Source: Octopus vulgaris
Lineage: Eukaryota
Direction of reading: 5' to 3'
DNA length: 64,000 nucleotides
NCBI GenBank assembly: GCA_951406725.2
Contig: OX597818.1
Span: forward strand, 126,480,001 to 126,544,000
Shown here in pieces: positions 15,467 through 29,257 of the stretch; positions within the stretch are counted from its first letter, which is position 1; every line of letters starts with the position of its first letter. The notes beneath the pieces were generated by a model, which was not told the DNA's origin, searched no databases, and saw only the letters and a list, made by a program, of their open reading frames with translations. The translations under genes were made by a program, and so were the position numbers.

Positions 15467-17333
15467 AGATCCATAATGGATATATATTACTTTACACTTC
15501 GATTAATATATATACGATTTTGCCCATATATGCATGATAAACAAAAATCTTTACAAAATATATTTTAGCTCGGGATCAAAAACTTAGGAAATAACGAAAA
15601 GTTATAAAGAATTTAATATTGTTGGTAAGATCTGATGTGTATAGAGAAGATGCTTTAAGAATTCCATGATGTCATCATGATAATCATCAGCATCGTATTG
15701 CTGATGGCAATATAAGGGTATTATTAGTGCCAGTAAATTGTGGTCGAGCTGCGATGTTATTGTGTGTGAGTTAGAGTCTTAGATAGACATGATGATGATG
15801 GTGACGACGACGATGATGATAATAGTGGTGGTGGTGGTGGTAATGGTGGTGGTAGTGGTTGTGGTGATGGTGGTGATGATGATGGTGGCAACAGTGACAA
15901 CAGCGAAGACGCAAACCGACAATGATTATGGTGATCATCACAATGATAACGATGGCGGTTGGGGCAACATAATCCACGACGATGACGAAGGCATGACGGT
16001 ATAAACTAAAGGCAAATTTCGATAATGTCTTTATTCCCTCTTGAGTAGTTATTTTCATTGCTTTTTCGACGCCTTAAGCCGATAATGTGATTATAGACTG
16101 TTCCAGTATTGCGTTTTTTCTCCACTTCCAGATTGCAACAATGCCGTCATCATCGTTATCGTCATCACCACCACAACCAAAAACAATGTGATCATCATCG
16201 TCGTCGTCGTTATCATCACTATATACGTCATCATCATTCCTATCATCGGTGTAGACAATAACATCACCGCAACGATAACAATGATAACAAAAAGTAGCGA
16301 GTATCACACTAGCAGATTAGCTTTTCTTAAAGTGAATGTTAACGTCAATAAAACCATTTATTGTTTGAGACTTTATGATAAATGTATCTACTGGTTTCGT
16401 TAATTCCTCCTTACACAACACAGTAATATCCTCAACCGCAGCAGCAACAACTAAGTGAAAAAATCACAAGAAGCCTCTCTCTAATTGCATGTATACTTCC
16501 CTTATATAACGTCCTCCTTCTCGGTAAACCGGTCTTAAAACTTTCTTGCTTTACGTTATTTGGTATCTGAGAGAACAATCTTCAAATCACTTTTGATGAT
16601 CTGGAATATTGTTGTTAACGCTTCCTCTGATTTCAACGAATCACGAACCTAAGAGTTTTTCCTTAATTGATATTGAAGCAGACAGCAATATCTACCAGGA
16701 AAAGTTCTAAGATATTCTCCAACTGTCGTCGTTGGAGAAATTATTTTCACTTGGAATGCTTCCAGGATTCCGAAAATACTAGTCTTCTAAGTCTTACTAC
16801 CTCCCGTATAGTTAGTTTGTACATTGAGCAGCAATACGTGTCCAGTAATCCTTTTTTGTGTGTGCTAGTCTTCTGCGTTTCCCGGGTGATGCTAGTTGCT
16901 TCAGATATACTTGGGAGGTGGTGCGCTATGTCTACTTGGGTCTTCATCTCTTTCTTCGTCCCATCGGTGATAATCACTGTATGGCTCAAAAGAAAAAATG
17001 AAGATTAATAGACTTGACCTTTCAAGTGATGCACCGAGCAGTCTCCTTTTTAAATAACAGGCATGACGTAAGTAGTGTTTCATACAACACTATTGCGAAG
17101 CCAATTCCTCACTGGTTTGAAATACTTTTGTTTTGACAAAGAATCTGATTTGTAGGTACTCCGCAAATATAATAACATCACTATTAACTTGCAATTTATA
17201 CATATAACATCAACTATTAATGACATACATACATACATACATACATACATACATACATACATACATACATAAATTCATACATACATACATACACACATAC
17301 ATACATACATACATACACAAACGTGTATTGGTG

Positions 17334-17420
17334 AAGGCAGGTACATGGCTTAATGGTTGGGGTATTAGAAACATGATCGTGAGATTGTGGTTTCGATTTC
17401 TGGGACGAGCGATGCGTTGA
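17334..17420 (+). mobile_element. SINE family C head fragment
   Basis: tggcttaatggtt.gggtatt...atgatcgtgagattgtggtttcgatttctgg contains A/B-box-like motifs. Confidence 0.6.
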
Positions 17421-18124
17421 GGGGAGAGATTAGCTAAAAGGTATAGATATTACACGAAGTATGGCAACAATTGGATGTCAAAGAACAGTCTTCAACCACA
17501 ATCACTCGAAGAACCCCACAACCCATGGATCACACTGACTACCAAGGGCGCAAAAATATCGTCCAGCATTTGATATCCCGTCTATTGGCACATGCTTACG
17601 GTAGTTCCAGTCACATTTAATCATTGGGGGAGAGCAATTCCTTCATCTCCCGCATTTTCCGTTCAAAGTGGGACAGGAAAATGTCGAAGTGCGCTTAACC
17701 GAAAAGAAAATCATTTGTTCAAATTCTTTCATCGCCGACCAATACACAATCTCTCTCGCCGTAGACACCAGACTGAGGAACATTGCCTACTCCGCCTTGC
17801 GAAAGGCAGACGGTGGTGCGATCCACACGATGGAATTAACTGATTGCCAAGTTTGACCAACAAGCGATAATAATGGTAAGACATAACTACACAAGTTAGC
17901 AAATGTACGGACAATGCATAAGTAAATCTAATGCTCGTAGCTTAGTTTTTCCTTGGGGCTGGCCGGATCGGAGCGATCTCAAGATTAATCAGCCGAAATT
18001 GCGAGGATGATCCGGTTCTTGACTGAAGATTAGAGGCTCCGAATGTCCCGTCCGTGTTTTTTGTATCGTCTTCTAAATGTTTTGCGTTCTTGTCCCATTG
18101 TGTATTATTTTTATATATATTTTT

Positions 18125-18166
<42 letters not shown>

Positions 18167-18172
<6 letters not shown>

Positions 18173-18363
18173 TTTATAGAAGGAGCTTCTACAGGACTAG
18201 AACTGGTTCATTCAAAAGAAATCACCAGGAAGCTTCCTGATGATTTCTTTTGAATGAAACAGTTCTAGTCCTGTAGAAGCTCCTTCTATAAAATAAATTA
18301 ATTTACTCTGCTATGTATTGAGTACCTTATTTACTGTGGTTAACCCCGACTCAACCCGGGACC

Positions 18364-18366
<3 letters not shown>
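18167..18366. mobile_element. PLE terminal fragment with a 132-bp loopless palindrome, between (TA)n tracts
   Basis: 18167-18298 is self-complementary about ggaag|cttcc with 2 mismatches, followed by a gtattgagtac tail. Confidence 0.85.
18231..18281 (+). ncRNA. Type I hammerhead ribozyme
   Basis: agcttc-CTGATGA-tttc tttt gaat-GAAAC-ag ttctagtc ct-GTA-gaagct. Stems I, II and III all pair. Confidence 0.8.
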
Positions 18367-18406
<40 letters not shown>

Positions 18407-18729
18407 TAAATGGTACAAACACTTACTTGCAGTTAACAAAGAAAGTTGAGATAGAAAAACAGAAGACTAGGTGTTAAAGCAAAAATCATTGATGAAAATT
18501 TAACAGAGCTGTTTTCATTTTCCGTGGCCTTCCATTTTCTTTCCGTCTTTCTTGTTATCCTCCTCCTTTTTCAACTTATTTTTGCTATTACTCATCCATT
18601 TTTCTGGTTTTCATCTTTCTCATCTTTGTTTGGTTGATTCTTCATATACCCTCCTCTCGCCCTACCTCGTTTCAAATCCTTGTTCTTCATTTTCACGATT
18701 ATATACATATGCATACATACATACATACA

Positions 18730-18814
<85 letters not shown>

Positions 18815-18858
18815 GCATACATACATACATACATACATACATACATACATACATACAT

Positions 18859-18912
<54 letters not shown>

Positions 18913-18944
18913 AGTTAAACGCAGGTGTTATTCAAATCATTTTA

Positions 18945-19033
18945 TTTCCGACATATGTTTCGAAAATAAACATTAGTATTATTTCAGAAGGAATAAAATG
19001 GTGTAAAACAATGCAATCTTCTCATCAGGGAAA
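18945..19033 (-). ncRNA. Type I hammerhead ribozyme with 60-nt stem II (PLE terminus, related to 61673-61754)
   Basis: tttcc-CTGATGA-gaagattgcatt...aatgtttattttc-GAAAC-atat-GTC-ggaaa, with palindromic stem III acatatgt. Confidence 0.8.
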
Positions 19034-19109
19034 GACAGAAATTAGCAGGAAAATAATAGTTGAGAGATATAGAGTGATAGGTGAATAGGAATAACGCTTA
19101 AAAGCTTGG

Positions 19110-20255
19110 GAATAGATATATTTATTGTAGACATATTGAGTGTCATTTAGAGTTCGTTCAGATGACATCTCTTCAATAGCAGGAAGGTGTTCAATATTTT
19201 CTATCATCCTTATGTCAGCGGATGATGATCTATTCAAAATGCAGAAAATGTTCTACCCAACGCTTATGAATAGAAGCGGAGTCAGTCAGAAGCAAACGTT
19301 CATTTCCTGTTCCACTGAAGCTATTGAAGAAGATTTTGGACTATTTCCTCCCTACCATAAGAGTACGAACACTTGGCGTCATTTTTATCAGCTGCTTCTT
19401 GTGTCCCTTTTGCTCTATCATCCCACGATTGCTATTTAATTTTCCTTAGAGCAGTCTGCAATTTCCCTTTCAACTTTCTGTGAGTTTCGTTTGAGTTGGA
19501 GGTTCAAGGATTGAGAAAGAAGTGTATTACCTAAGTTTTGTTTTCCTAAAAGTAGATCATGAATTTCTGCTGATTTATCTGAGAACCAGTCACTGGATTT
19601 ACGCGATTTATATCCCACTGACGAACTTGCAACCTGAAATACTATTATTTTGAAATCTTCCCGTAGATTGTTTGGGTCTAGATTGATATTTTCTATAGCA
19701 TCGTAGAATCTTTGCAATTTGTTTGATAATTTAAAGTTTTACAACATTTAACTTTTTGGGTACCTTAGAGCCAGACTGTCAATTTTTAGGCATTATGGAA
19801 AAATATATTTTTCCACGCACTAGACAATGGTCAGTCCAGCTCTCTGCCTCTGTCATGGCCCGAACACTAGAAACATCTTTCATATCATGTGCTAGGTCAT
19901 CATAAAACTGTCCTGCAGTTTCATCAGAATGAGACATTGTTGGTGCATAAATACTGACAACGGTAAGAAACCTACCTTTTGTCAGTTTTATACGGCATGA
20001 CATGGTTCGTTCAGATATACCACTTGGCAATTCTGCAATGGAGGATACTAAAGAATTCTTGAGAGCAAACCCAACACCGGACTCTCCAAAAGATAGTATA
20101 TCCATAAGTAGGTTCATTTATTTGACCCTCACCAGACGGACGAGTTTCAGAGAGTGCAACTATATCAAGGGAATATTTTAAGCCCACAAATGCAGTACGC
20201 TTTTCTGGCTTCTTGTTGAAATTATCAAGAAGTGCGCGCACATTCCAACGGTGAA
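19110..20255 (-). mobile_element. Decayed RTE-clade LINE, APE endonuclease N-terminal region
   Basis: WNVRALLD...PEKRTAFV...DIVALSETR, GVGFALKN, ISERTM...VSIYAPTM...FYDDL and WTDHCLV motifs. It is frameshifted and internally deleted. Confidence 0.85.
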
Positions 20256-20263
20256 AATTCTGA

Positions 20264-20312
<49 letters not shown>

Positions 20313-20322
<10 letters not shown>

Positions 20323-20795
20323 GTGAGGGAAGAAATGGAGCTGAACGAAGATTTTACAAGATTCCTTTTTATTATTTTCTACATATGTTTCAAAGGCTGC
20401 AAAGTCCCTAATTCGGATTGAATAAGGAGACCATTTTGCAGCTTTCTCTTCAGGAAAATCCAGGAACTTAAATCTCCAACAAAATGCGCAGCAAGCTTTT
20501 CGACAAACGCTCTCTAGGAGAGAAAGCTGCAAAATGGTCTCCTTATTCAATCCGAATTACGGACTTTGCAACCTTTGAAACATATGTAGAAAATAATAAA
20601 AAGGAATTTTGTAAAATCTTCGTTCAGCTCCATTTCTTCCCTCACTAAATATATAAAACTTCAAATTTCCGCACTAAGGCACGGTTTTGAGACCCCATGG
20701 TCGTAACCTCAACCGTGACTTTTCTGTTGTGATTTTTGCTACCCAGGTATCGGTTATAATTTGAATAATCCGTAACAAGATAATTCATTTATCCA
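20313..20795. mobile_element. PLE terminal fragment with 137-bp inverted arms, between (TA)n tracts
   Basis: Arms 20313-20449 and 20519-20655 differ at 3 positions and are separated by a 69-nt spacer. Confidence 0.85.
20374..20459 (-). ncRNA. Type I hammerhead ribozyme with 55-nt stem II
   Basis: attttc-CTGAAGA-gaaagctgcaaa...tttgcagccttt-GAAAC-atat-GTA-gaaaat, with a 6-bp stem I. Confidence 0.8.
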
Positions 20796-20800
20796 TTTCA

Positions 20801-20869
<69 letters not shown>

Positions 20870-21010
20870 CATACATACATACGACGAGCGTCTTTCAGTT
20901 TCCGTCTACACACATACACACTCACACTCACACACACACACACACATACACACACATACACACACACATATATATATATAATTGAGTAACGAAGATATAC
21001 AAGTGTCAAT

Positions 21011-21079
21011 TCAAAACCGCCGTTTCATGCGACTCCTTTGATTAATGATTAATGAAAAGAACCCATTCTCATCAGATGA
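21011..21079 (-). ncRNA. Hammerhead-like motif with 42-nt stem II
   Basis: tcat-CTGATGA-gaatgggttctttt...aaaggagtcgcat-GAAAC-ggcg-GTT-ttga, near (TA)n. Pairing is imperfect. Confidence 0.5.
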
Positions 21080-21244
21080 CCGCATAGACTTCAAACATAA
21101 AGGATAAAACCACTGTTTTAACATACTCATGTCAATAATGGAACTCAAAGTATTTACATTGTTTTTGTTGTTATAACTCTGGCAGTATGAGGTGCCTCAA
21201 TTTAAGTACCTAATTCAAAGGAATCTTTGTGTGTGTGTGTGTGT

Positions 21245-21302
<58 letters not shown>

Positions 21303-21513
21303 CAGTTTCTATTTCTCTGAACGCTTGTAGAAACGAGAGCTGAAACATCTGACCATGCTGCAAGGAAAGAATTGACCGAATACAATAAACTTGTTTGTAA
21401 CACCGAGTTGTTTATTTTCCCTTTTTAATGTAGATTACTACGATCACCTGATCGGAATTTCTCCTCTGTCGCTTTCTTTCTCATACATTGATACATATAT
21501 CCATCCACACACA

Positions 21514-21633
<120 letters not shown>

Positions 21634-21646
21634 GCACATATATCTA

Positions 21647-21684
<38 letters not shown>

Positions 21685-22709
21685 CACATATACACATATA
21701 TACACACGCGTACACACGCGTGTATACGCACACGTACATGCATATATACAATCTTGTGATAACAGTGTTAATTTTAGGAAACAACATTTACAAAATAGAC
21801 GTGACGTTTGGAATATTTTTGTTCATGAAATAACAAAAAGACATTCTGTTGTTAGGGAGATCACTGTGTCTATACTGGGCTGAAAGCTTTTAAACATTGA
21901 TAAACAAAGTGATGTTATCGTATATACACTGAGAATAAGTTTAAATTGTGTATAGGGAACATTCTTCCAGGTATATATTTACGAGTGTGTGTATGTACGA
22001 ATGTCTATGTACATGTATATTTATTCGTACATACGAATACTCATATATAGATGAATGGATACATAGGTAGATGTATTTATATATGAATTTGTTACATTAA
22101 ATATGTGGTAGCATATATCATCTCATTCTACATACAAAGAGAAGCCTGCGCGCGCGAGCGTGTTTGTGCGCAAATGTGTGTATGTGTCTTTCTGTTTGCT
22201 TCTATGTCTGTGTGAGTATGTATGTATATATGTATGAGTATGTATGTGCATACATCTACAAGTACTTAAGTGTATGTGCTATATGTGTGTGTATGTATGT
22301 GTGTACGTACATATGTGTGTATGTTGCTGAATACATATGTGTATGTGCGTTAAATAAGTTAATAAAGCCAAAAGCTAAAGATTAGTGTGAAATAATGTCT
22401 CTGCACTTGATATTTCGGCATTACATGCCATATTCAAAGCTAAAATATTGCACATAAGTAATTTCTTGAACATTTCTCTGCCTTTCCCTCGCCATTCTCC
22501 GAGGCAACACCTTTCCCATTTTGTCTGCTGAGACCATGGGGCGGTCTTACTTACAGGAAAATGTACGTTCCACAACTTAATATAATTAAGACTAAATTTA
22601 AAATCCAAACTTTGTTATACGTGTATATAGATGTATACGCCAACAAATTTTCATTCAACAGACTTTACTACAAAAAAATTAAAATAATAATAATAATAAA
22701 AAAAATTAA

Positions 22710-22766
<57 letters not shown>

Positions 22767-23009
22767 CCTTAAGATTATTAACCTGACAGCAAATAACTTC
22801 CTATCTAAGTGGAAGATGAGAATCCCGTCATAATTTCATTCTACATTCCCAAATACAAAGATAGTTGTATATTTTCTATTTCAATCTTCTCCCATCTATC
22901 ACCACCATTTCTCATTAGGGCTCCATGCCTAGCTAAACCAATGCCTAAATATAGTTGAGCATTTTAAAGCTTCTAGTAGCACTATATAGATGAGTTAATT
23001 TTTTTTTTG

Positions 23010-23180
23010 TATTCAAGGCAGAAGGTTTAATATTTGTGGGGAGTTGAGATAGTGGGTTACGTCGATTCTTGTGCTTAACTGGTGCTTATTTTACCGACCC
23101 TAAAAGGATGAAAAGCAAAGTCGACCATGGTAGAATTTGAACTCGGGATGTAAAACCAAAATAAATACCGTTAAGCACGC
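23010..23180 (-). mobile_element. Degenerate SINE family B
   Basis: ctggtgcttattttaccgaccctaaaaggatgaaaagcaaagtcgacc...aatttgaactc. Confidence 0.7.
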
Positions 23181-23717
23181 CGAGTTTTAGATGAGTTAAT
23201 AAATAAAATCATACATTACGAATATTTTCCAATGGAATGTTTGACAGCATGGGGTACAAATTAATGACAAAACTACTTAACATGAAAATCTGTTGTCTGT
23301 AATTTTCAGAAATGGTTTAGAATAAAGCGTTCTCTGCGAAAAATATCAACTGTAAGAAAATTTGGAAAGTAGGCGAAATACATTGCTTCATGTATTCGTG
23401 CTTGTATCAATTTTTAAAGTCGTATAACTATTATATAGCCAATGCATCTAGAAAGAACCTCGAATAATTTAGCTACACATCTACAAACATACATACGCAT
23501 ACATACACATGCACATACATGCACATTCATATGCATACACAAACACATACACGCACGCACACACAGTTACACACACATATACTAATGTATTCAAATATTT
23601 GTACATTTGTAAGGTATTTAATTATATATCATATAAACAAATATGTGTATATATATTCATAAATATAGGTATGATATATACATATACATACATACACATA
23701 CATATATATATATATAC

Positions 23718-23775
<58 letters not shown>

Positions 23776-23777
23776 AC

Positions 23778-23816
<39 letters not shown>

Positions 23817-24075
23817 TATATATATATACATATATATATATATATGTATATGAATAATAACATACGATGGATAATTGTCAGGTCATTACAAATGTTTCTT
23901 ACATAACTTTTTAATAGAAGAATGATAACATTGCTGCATTGCAATAGACGGTAATCAGACGAGAAGTAATTTTACAAACAAAAGAATATCCCAACAATAC
24001 AGCAGGAATGTAGCTGAAGTCTGTCGAGGCCAACAAGTACCTCATTGTATCTGAATTCTTACTTTACTCTATTTA

Positions 24076-25297
24076 CAGGGTGCGTAAGATATTCGAGGAC
24101 AGATTTATATTTATAAAAAAAAACAAATATATAATGATAGATAATAACATTATTTATAAAAAAATGCTATGACGATAAAAATAAACCTTCTTTTCTATAA
24201 TGTTATTCAATAAAGCCACTTCAGCTTCACTAATTGCTTCTATATGAGATCTAAATCATCTACATGCTCGAATCAAGTGGTCGTGATTAAATTGGGCATT
24301 ATTTTGACTATGGCAGTTTTCAAAGAATCTTTGATGTTATGGGCGTGTTCATTGGCCTCTCTCTCAACAGCAGTACACATGAGATCTGGGAAATCAGGAG
24401 GCCAAATGTTAGGGGTTATGTGATGATGAAAATTTTCAGCTATTCATTCCAGTGTTACTAGAGCCATATGTGATAGTGCTTACTGAAACACATATGGCCT
24501 TCCATAGCATACACTTTCTATCCAGGGCTTAATAATTATTTCAAGGACCTCAATGCAGGCGGCAAAGTTAATTTTAAAGCCTTGTGGAAAGAAGTAAGGG
24601 GGCATGACATGTCCTTCATGGCTGACAACCCCTAAAACCATGACAGTTGCAGGAAATTGTGTAGGCATAACACTTGGAACTTCAGAAGCGTATGCACGCA
24701 GCGTCTGTCATTTCTTCTGTTAACTTTTTGATCTTGGTCGAAGTTTTATTTTTTGTTTGAGAAAAACCAAATCAAATCTACTGCTAGATTTTTCTCTTTG
24801 TTTAAGAGCCTTTTAAATCTGATGTTGTGATTTTCTTTTGCTTTTTCTGACAAATTAACCTTTCCTCATCATATAAGACTTATATCTGATGTCTTCGTGG
24901 ACAACATTTCTGACTGTTCCTTCTGACTCATGGAAATCTTTTGCAATTCACCTCATGGGCTTTCTGGGATTGTAAGCAATGGTCTATTGAACTTGTTGGA
25001 TAAATTCAGATGTTATGATGATTTCAGAGCATTTAGAATGCTTTTATGCTTTGATGCTAGTGATACGTTTCCATCTTCAGTCTCTAGCTCGTTAAAACTT
25101 TGTAGACGAAAGATCTGGCACCCACACCTCTTTGTTTTCACGACAAGAAAGCTACAATTACACAAGTGCACCAGCCTACTCAATTCCGTCAAATTTAAGA
25201 ACTATAATTAGTTTGTACTTTGCTTTTGTAAACAAACTTTCATGTGCTTTATTACTGCAAAGGTTTTTGTTAAGCAGTGTCAATTTTTACAATCCTG
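24076..25297 (-). mobile_element. Decayed Tc1/mariner-superfamily (maT-like) transposon
   Basis: FPATVMVLGVVSHEGHVMPPYFFPQG...KPWIESVCYGRPYVFQ followed by NIWPP. The ends ta|caggg and cctg|ta form only weak TIRs; length is ~1.2 kb. Confidence 0.8.
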
Positions 25298-25490
25298 TAA
25301 ATATATAATAATAATAGTATTTTATAAACTTAAAGCTTATAGCCATCACCGCGCGATGACTATAGGAAATAGTCTAATAATGGGGCACATAAGCCCTCGA
25401 CCGATAAAAGTAGGTTTTCCTCTGCACGTGGGACTCGAAACGACATTGCGCAGTGATCGTTATAAGCTTTAAGACGGAATTAAGAAGGTT

Positions 25491-25561
25491 GGTGCGCTAG
25501 TGTATTGGTAGTATTCTTGTCACGAAAGCAGAGAGGTCTGGGTTCGAGTCTCACGTGCACT
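25491..25561 (+). pseudogene. tRNA-like sequence (pseudo-tRNA or SINE head)
   Basis: 7-bp acceptor stem ggtgcgc/gtgcact, A-box tagtgtattgg, T-loop ggttcgagtc and a downstream T6 run. The anticodon loop cacgaaa is non-canonical. Confidence 0.55.
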
Positions 25562-25654
25562 GGAAGGCCTTTTTTGTTTCCGTCGTTGGCTTATTATTAC
25601 ATCATAATAAAAAAAAACATATTCACAAGATGATCCATATTATTTCAAAACAAT

Positions 25655-25820
25655 AGGCGCAGGAGTGACTATGTGGTAAGTAGCTTGCTAACCAACCACA
25701 TGGTTCCAGGTTCAGTCCCACTGCGTGGCATCTTGGGCAAGTGTCTTCTGCTATAGCCCCGGGCCGACCAATGCCTTGTGAGTGGGTTTGGTAGACGGAA
25801 ACTGAAAGAAGCCTGTCGTA

Positions 25821-25896
<76 letters not shown>

Positions 25897-26110
25897 AGTG
25901 TTTGTCCCCCTAGCATTGCCTGACAACTGATGCTGGTGTGTTTACGTCCCCGTCACTTAGCGGTTCGGCAAAAGAGACCGATAGAATAAGTACTGGGCTT
26001 ACAAAGAATAAGTCCCTGGGTCAATTTGCTCGACTAAAAGGCGGTGCTCCAGCATGGCCGCAGTCAAATGACTGAAACAAGTAAAAGAGTAAAAGAGAGA
26101 GTAAAGAGTA
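25655..26110 (+). mobile_element. Full-length SINE family A with internal (TA)n(TG)n
   Basis: aggcgcaggagtg..tgtggtaag head, cttgggcaagtgtctt core and (gtaaaaga)n tail. It is closely similar to 38085 and 51234. Confidence 0.9.
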
Positions 26111-28641
26111 ATAGAACAACAACCTATGTGCGTATATATATACATATATACTTCTCTTGCTTTAAGGACTATAGAAAGAGTTTATAAGCGTTGCCAAAGT
26201 ATACAATAGTATACTTTACAAGGATGGTACTCCAGTCTTTCGAGACTCAGAGTTTCCTGTCTTATTCTCTCTTCCAGTTTGTCCCTCGTTCTCTATTTCA
26301 GTATATATGCGTGTATATGTCCACACACACCCGCGTTTAAAATTTTTCTATGTTTGCAATATGTTTGCTGTCGAGTATAGTAATCATCTCCTAGCTGAGT
26401 GGACTCCTGATTAAATACAACTCATCTGTGATTATTCTATCAATGCAGAACTACATTATGCAATGTGCGTGAACATTCCTAACCCATGTCACTAATAATT
26501 TGTGCTAGATATGACTGGTATTTCTAACATATCTAGCAGCCACTTAGAGGCTTTCCCATAGTATCATGTTGTTTATTGCAGTCACTTGACTGTTAGCATG
26601 TTATGCCCTTAGTTATAATAAAGATCAAATGTTAATTTGTACACATGTTATATTCAACCGCAACGTCTATCGTCACAATTGTGCAATTCTTATCGTCAAT
26701 CACTGAACGTTTTCCTAACATTAGCTCTTTCTTTTGATACAATCATAAGTTTGACCATATACAATGAACTTTTTATGAATAATCAGCACTAACAAAAAAT
26801 AAATAAATATACAGATAAATAAAGGGATCCAAAAACAAAAAAAGTAGGTATCTTTTTTTTTTTCCTTATCTCTCGCAAACACATGTACTTATTTATCAGG
26901 CAGTGAATAATAATATTTTATAACATGGAAATGTTATCGCTTTATGTTTTAGATATTTTTCTTGACATTCGTTTTACTATTTTATAGTTGTGGCGTTGGC
27001 GTATTCGAGACAACAGAGCACCAGATTAAATGCTTTAAACTACTTATTTATGTAGTAGTAATTGTTGTTGTTGCTGTTGTTGCTGCAGCTACAGTTGTTT
27101 AACCTAGGTCAGCCCTAGACGAGCGGGTCTATCATCAAAGGCATTCTATGCAATGTTTCTTTTTTAGACATGTTATTGTCCGAATTACGTTATCTTGTAT
27201 ACCCTCTCCTTAAGACGGTAGGGTGTGGTTTGAGAGATATTTGGTTACTATTTCTTGCTGGGTGAACGACTACATATCATCTCCAACATTGCTCAGTTTG
27301 ATTCTTTCCTTCTCAGTACTTCCAACATTTACCAAGGTTACACCCTGTTCAATTAACTATAATCTGGCCTTATAAAGCATAACTTTGTACTCGAGAGAGA
27401 ATTCATATTGTCGTCCTTATCATATTAGAACCATTCATGATAGAGGAGTTCTGAAGTAAATACTTTTGGAATTTTGAGTTACGCTTGATTCTCATCAGTT
27501 GTTCAAATCTCATGAAGCAAAATTTCACCTTTCATTTTCCCGGGGTTGATAAAATATAGTTCACACTAATTGCTGGAAGAGTGGGGTGTGATTTCATCAG
27601 CTATATCCCTTACCTATAATTGTTGTGTTAGAAATCAATAACTACGATCTATGACGAACTGACATTTCAGTCACAACACGGTTAAATTTGCTCTTCGGCT
27701 TTTTCGAATTACAAGAATAAGGTAGAAATCACATTAATTTTGAATAAAAGGATTACAAACTTTCTTCTAACATTTATAAGCTTGTGTTAATACAGTGTAT
27801 ATATACGACCCAATGTTATTTTTTGGAGAAATTGTAAGGATGATAACTCTGCGCACTCTAATTTCAGTTGAGACCGCTTAGAATGCTATCGCCTGTAACT
27901 ACCCTGATAAATAACTTAGAATAATATTTTATAAACACGTACACACATTTCAGAGATATCTAATATCCAGTGGACATGATTAATTGAAATACTTCGAACA
28001 GAACTATTTGCAGGGGACGACTTCTTACAAGGCATAGTCATGCGTATTATTTTGTATTGAATATTACGTATAAGTTCTTCTACGTATTGCATATTTTGTA
28101 TAAGCTATTGCTTAAAGGAACCCACAAAAAATAAATAATTAAATAAATAAATCGTTGATGTGCATTGCCATTGCACTGCCTCAAAACCACTTTACACCAG
28201 TGGGTGGCGTGTGTAATGAAAAGACGAGTTCTAAATTGAGAAAGTATTGTCCGATGACGAAAAAGAATAGGGATCAGCTATTCAAATTCGAATCTGCCAA
28301 AACATATAAAAGATAAATAGATACGTTATTGTTTGAATTATCACTATTTTGCATCCACCTTATAAACTACTAATGATTTAGTTGACATCAACACGCATCA
28401 TCAAATGATTTGTTTACCGGTTTCTATGAACAAAAGTTTATCATTTGTGACAGATTCATCGTTAGCTTTGACTGAGGAGACACACAATTAGGGTGAAACA
28501 CCGCAGTGTCTAAAAATTGCATTATATAGGTGAATCGTATGTGTAATGAATACGCATCATCTAAAGGGATGACAAAACAACAGCCATCGGATAATTACGC
28601 CCGAATCTGCCTTCATTTTATTTAGAGAGAATACGTTATTG

Positions 28642-28652
28642 AATGTATGTAA

Positions 28653-28683
<31 letters not shown>

Positions 28684-28729
28684 TGTATGTATGTATGTAT
28701 GTATGTATGCATGTATGTATGTATGCATG

Positions 28730-28763
<34 letters not shown>

Positions 28764-28809
28764 TGTATGTATGTATGTATGTATGTATGTATGTATGTAT
28801 GCATGTATG

Positions 28810-28840
<31 letters not shown>

Positions 28841-28914
28841 GTATGTATGGATGCATGTATGTATGTATGTATGTATGTGTGTATGTATGTATGTATGCAT
28901 GTATGCATGCATGC

Positions 28915-28977
<63 letters not shown>
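28642..28977. repeat. Long (TATG)n plus (TA)n compound microsatellite (representative of dozens in the window)
   Basis: Directly visible in the sequence. Confidence 0.95.
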
Positions 28978-28981
<4 letters not shown>

Positions 28982-29257
28982 GAGAAAGAGAGAAAGCGAG
29001 AAATAGATATTGACTAAGATTGTAATATTAATTAAAGTTTTGTGAACGAAGTGCGTCAACTGTTACTCAATAAACGCATCTATATTTGTGAGTATGTGAC
29101 AATGCATTTCTATATACATATAAACACAAACTCACACACACACGCAAGCACGCTCACACACGCATGCACACACACACACACACACATACACGCACACATT
29201 TATCCATATATATACATACATATCTATACATGTATGTACATATAGACACACAAAAAT

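Noticed and set aside
16500-17080. Possible LINE C-terminal remnant (IREVVRLRRLVF)
   Set aside because: There is only one short motif, so family and boundaries cannot be supported.
17450-18120. Possible further PLE remnant with CTGAAGA at ~18023
   Set aside because: It ends at (TA)n like the others, but the GAAA core reads GAAT, the stems do not pair convincingly and the peptide similarity to GIY-YIG is too weak.
20313-20655. Arm mismatches as A-to-I editing fixed by reverse transcription
   Set aside because: There are only three mismatches, on inconsistent strands and including a transversion, so ordinary mutation explains them.
25491-25561. Functional tRNA-Ser(CGA)
   Set aside because: It has no long variable arm, a non-canonical anticodon loop and weak D and anticodon stems, so it is kept only as tRNA-like.
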